Shown here in pieces: positions 63,551-64,000 of a stretch of DNA of 64,000 bases. Numbering within the stretch: the stretch's first letter is position 1; each line of letters opens with the position of its first letter. The translations under genes and the position numbers were made by a program. Under the pieces are notes generated by a model that searched no databases, was not told the origin of the DNA, and saw nothing but the letters and a program-made list of their open reading frames with translations. Source of the stretch: a virus; the IMG/VR virus record IMGVR_UViG_3300045988_119787, positions 1-64,000 of that record; one strand, written 5' to 3'.

Positions 63551-64000
63551 TTATTCCATAACCGCAAGGGATGGATATTCAAACTTCAACTCGTCGTCTG
63601 TTGTCACGTTCAACCGAATCTGCTGACCGCCATGATACAGTGGTCTGTTCACGCTCTCGCATTCATCGAGCAGCATTGGAACTGAGATTTCATTGTATCT
63701 TGCGAAGGTGTAGGCGATGTCGATTCCAGCATTCACCTTTGCAGCGGTGTTGAGTCGGCTGTAAGGTACACCAACATGGTAGCACTCGCAGAACGGCTTC
63801 TTCTCTCCATCAAGCGTAGTCTTGAACAAACTCCACTTCACATAAGCGAAATGTCCGTTTACCCGGTCTTCGAGCAACTGACAAGATTTCTGATTGTATT
63901 CGTTTGCGATGTCAAGTTCCTCATCGAGTGCGTCAAGCTGAGTCTGATAGGTCTCCTTATCCTTGTTTATATCCTCAATGCGGGTGCTGATACGGTCAAA
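63551..64000 (-). CDS. C-terminal part of an SMC/Rad50/SbcC-like ATPase (5' end outside the window)
   Basis: The frame stays open to the window edge beyond the track's TTG start at 63877. A coiled-coil segment is followed by a Walker-B-like PMLLDECESV. Confidence 0.45.
   Translation of the reverse strand, partial: FDRISTRIEDINKDKETYQTQLDALDEELDIANEYNQKSCQLLEDRVNGHFAYVKWSLFKTTLDGEKKPFCECYHVGVPYSRLNTAAKVNAGIDIAYTFARYNEISVPMLLDECESVNRPLYHGGQQIRLNVTTDDELKFEYPSLAVME

Larger units (their letters stand above)
111..64000. mobile_element. Integrated temperate phage (prophage): left end with integrase, right end outside the window. No tail tube, sheath or tape-measure gene is recognisable, so probably podovirus-like.
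   Basis: Integrase, XRE switch, portal/TerL/capsid/tail-fibre/lysis/RecT modules are contiguous. The left boundary (att core) cannot be fixed from a single copy. Confidence 0.8.

Noticed and set aside
1-64000. Stop-codon reassignment (TAG or TGA recoding) as seen in some gut phages
   Set aside because: All modules give long, motif-bearing ORFs under the standard code, with ordinary stops followed by terminators or the next start. There is no run of in-frame TAG or TGA breaking recognisable genes.
1-64000. Diversity-generating retroelement, retron, toxin-antitoxin pair or known multi-gene defence system
   Set aside because: No reverse-transcriptase motifs (YxDD), template/variable repeat pair, or recognisable toxin, nuclease or NTPase defence signatures were seen in the small accessory ORFs. 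Absence by eye is not proof.

Overview
This 64-kb window is almost entirely one integrated temperate phage (prophage) in a Bacteroidota-type host. Its right end lies beyond the window. Host-clade evidence: Bacteroides-style -7 promoter boxes (TAnnTTTG) sit 20-50 nt upstream of about ten genes, the tyrosine integrase is of the Bacteroidota type, and lipoprotein/secretion signals fit that clade. Module order: host-flank terminator; integrase with arm-like repeats (233-1425); five small leftward genes; a divergent-promoter switch with four helically phased palindromic operators and an XRE repressor (3445-3969); tandem GC hairpin terminators and a 10-bp-phased A-tract region. Next comes a late operon (5327-26107) ending in one 17-kb ORF for a 5,689-aa polyvalent protein with a ParB-like module, an N6-adenine methyltransferase, a strawberry-notch/DarB-type helicase and two zincin-like sites. 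Then follow a six-gene leftward operon of unknown function; a four-gene secreted/lipoprotein moron cassette; tail-fibre genes (one with a CotH-kinase-like plus CBM5/12-like C-terminus); capsid and scaffold; portal through large terminase; a phage-encoded rhomboid protease; holin, GH19 endolysin and a unimolecular spanin; and a leftward early/recombination block (YopX, DUF551-like, MBL-fold hydrolase, RecT, SMC-like ATPase). Four late promoters share a conserved 16-nt element at a fixed 33-nt offset from the -7 box. I found no rRNA, tRNA, CRISPR array, reverse transcriptase or transposase. All functional calls come from motifs read by eye in the ORF translations and DNA; none was checked against a database.
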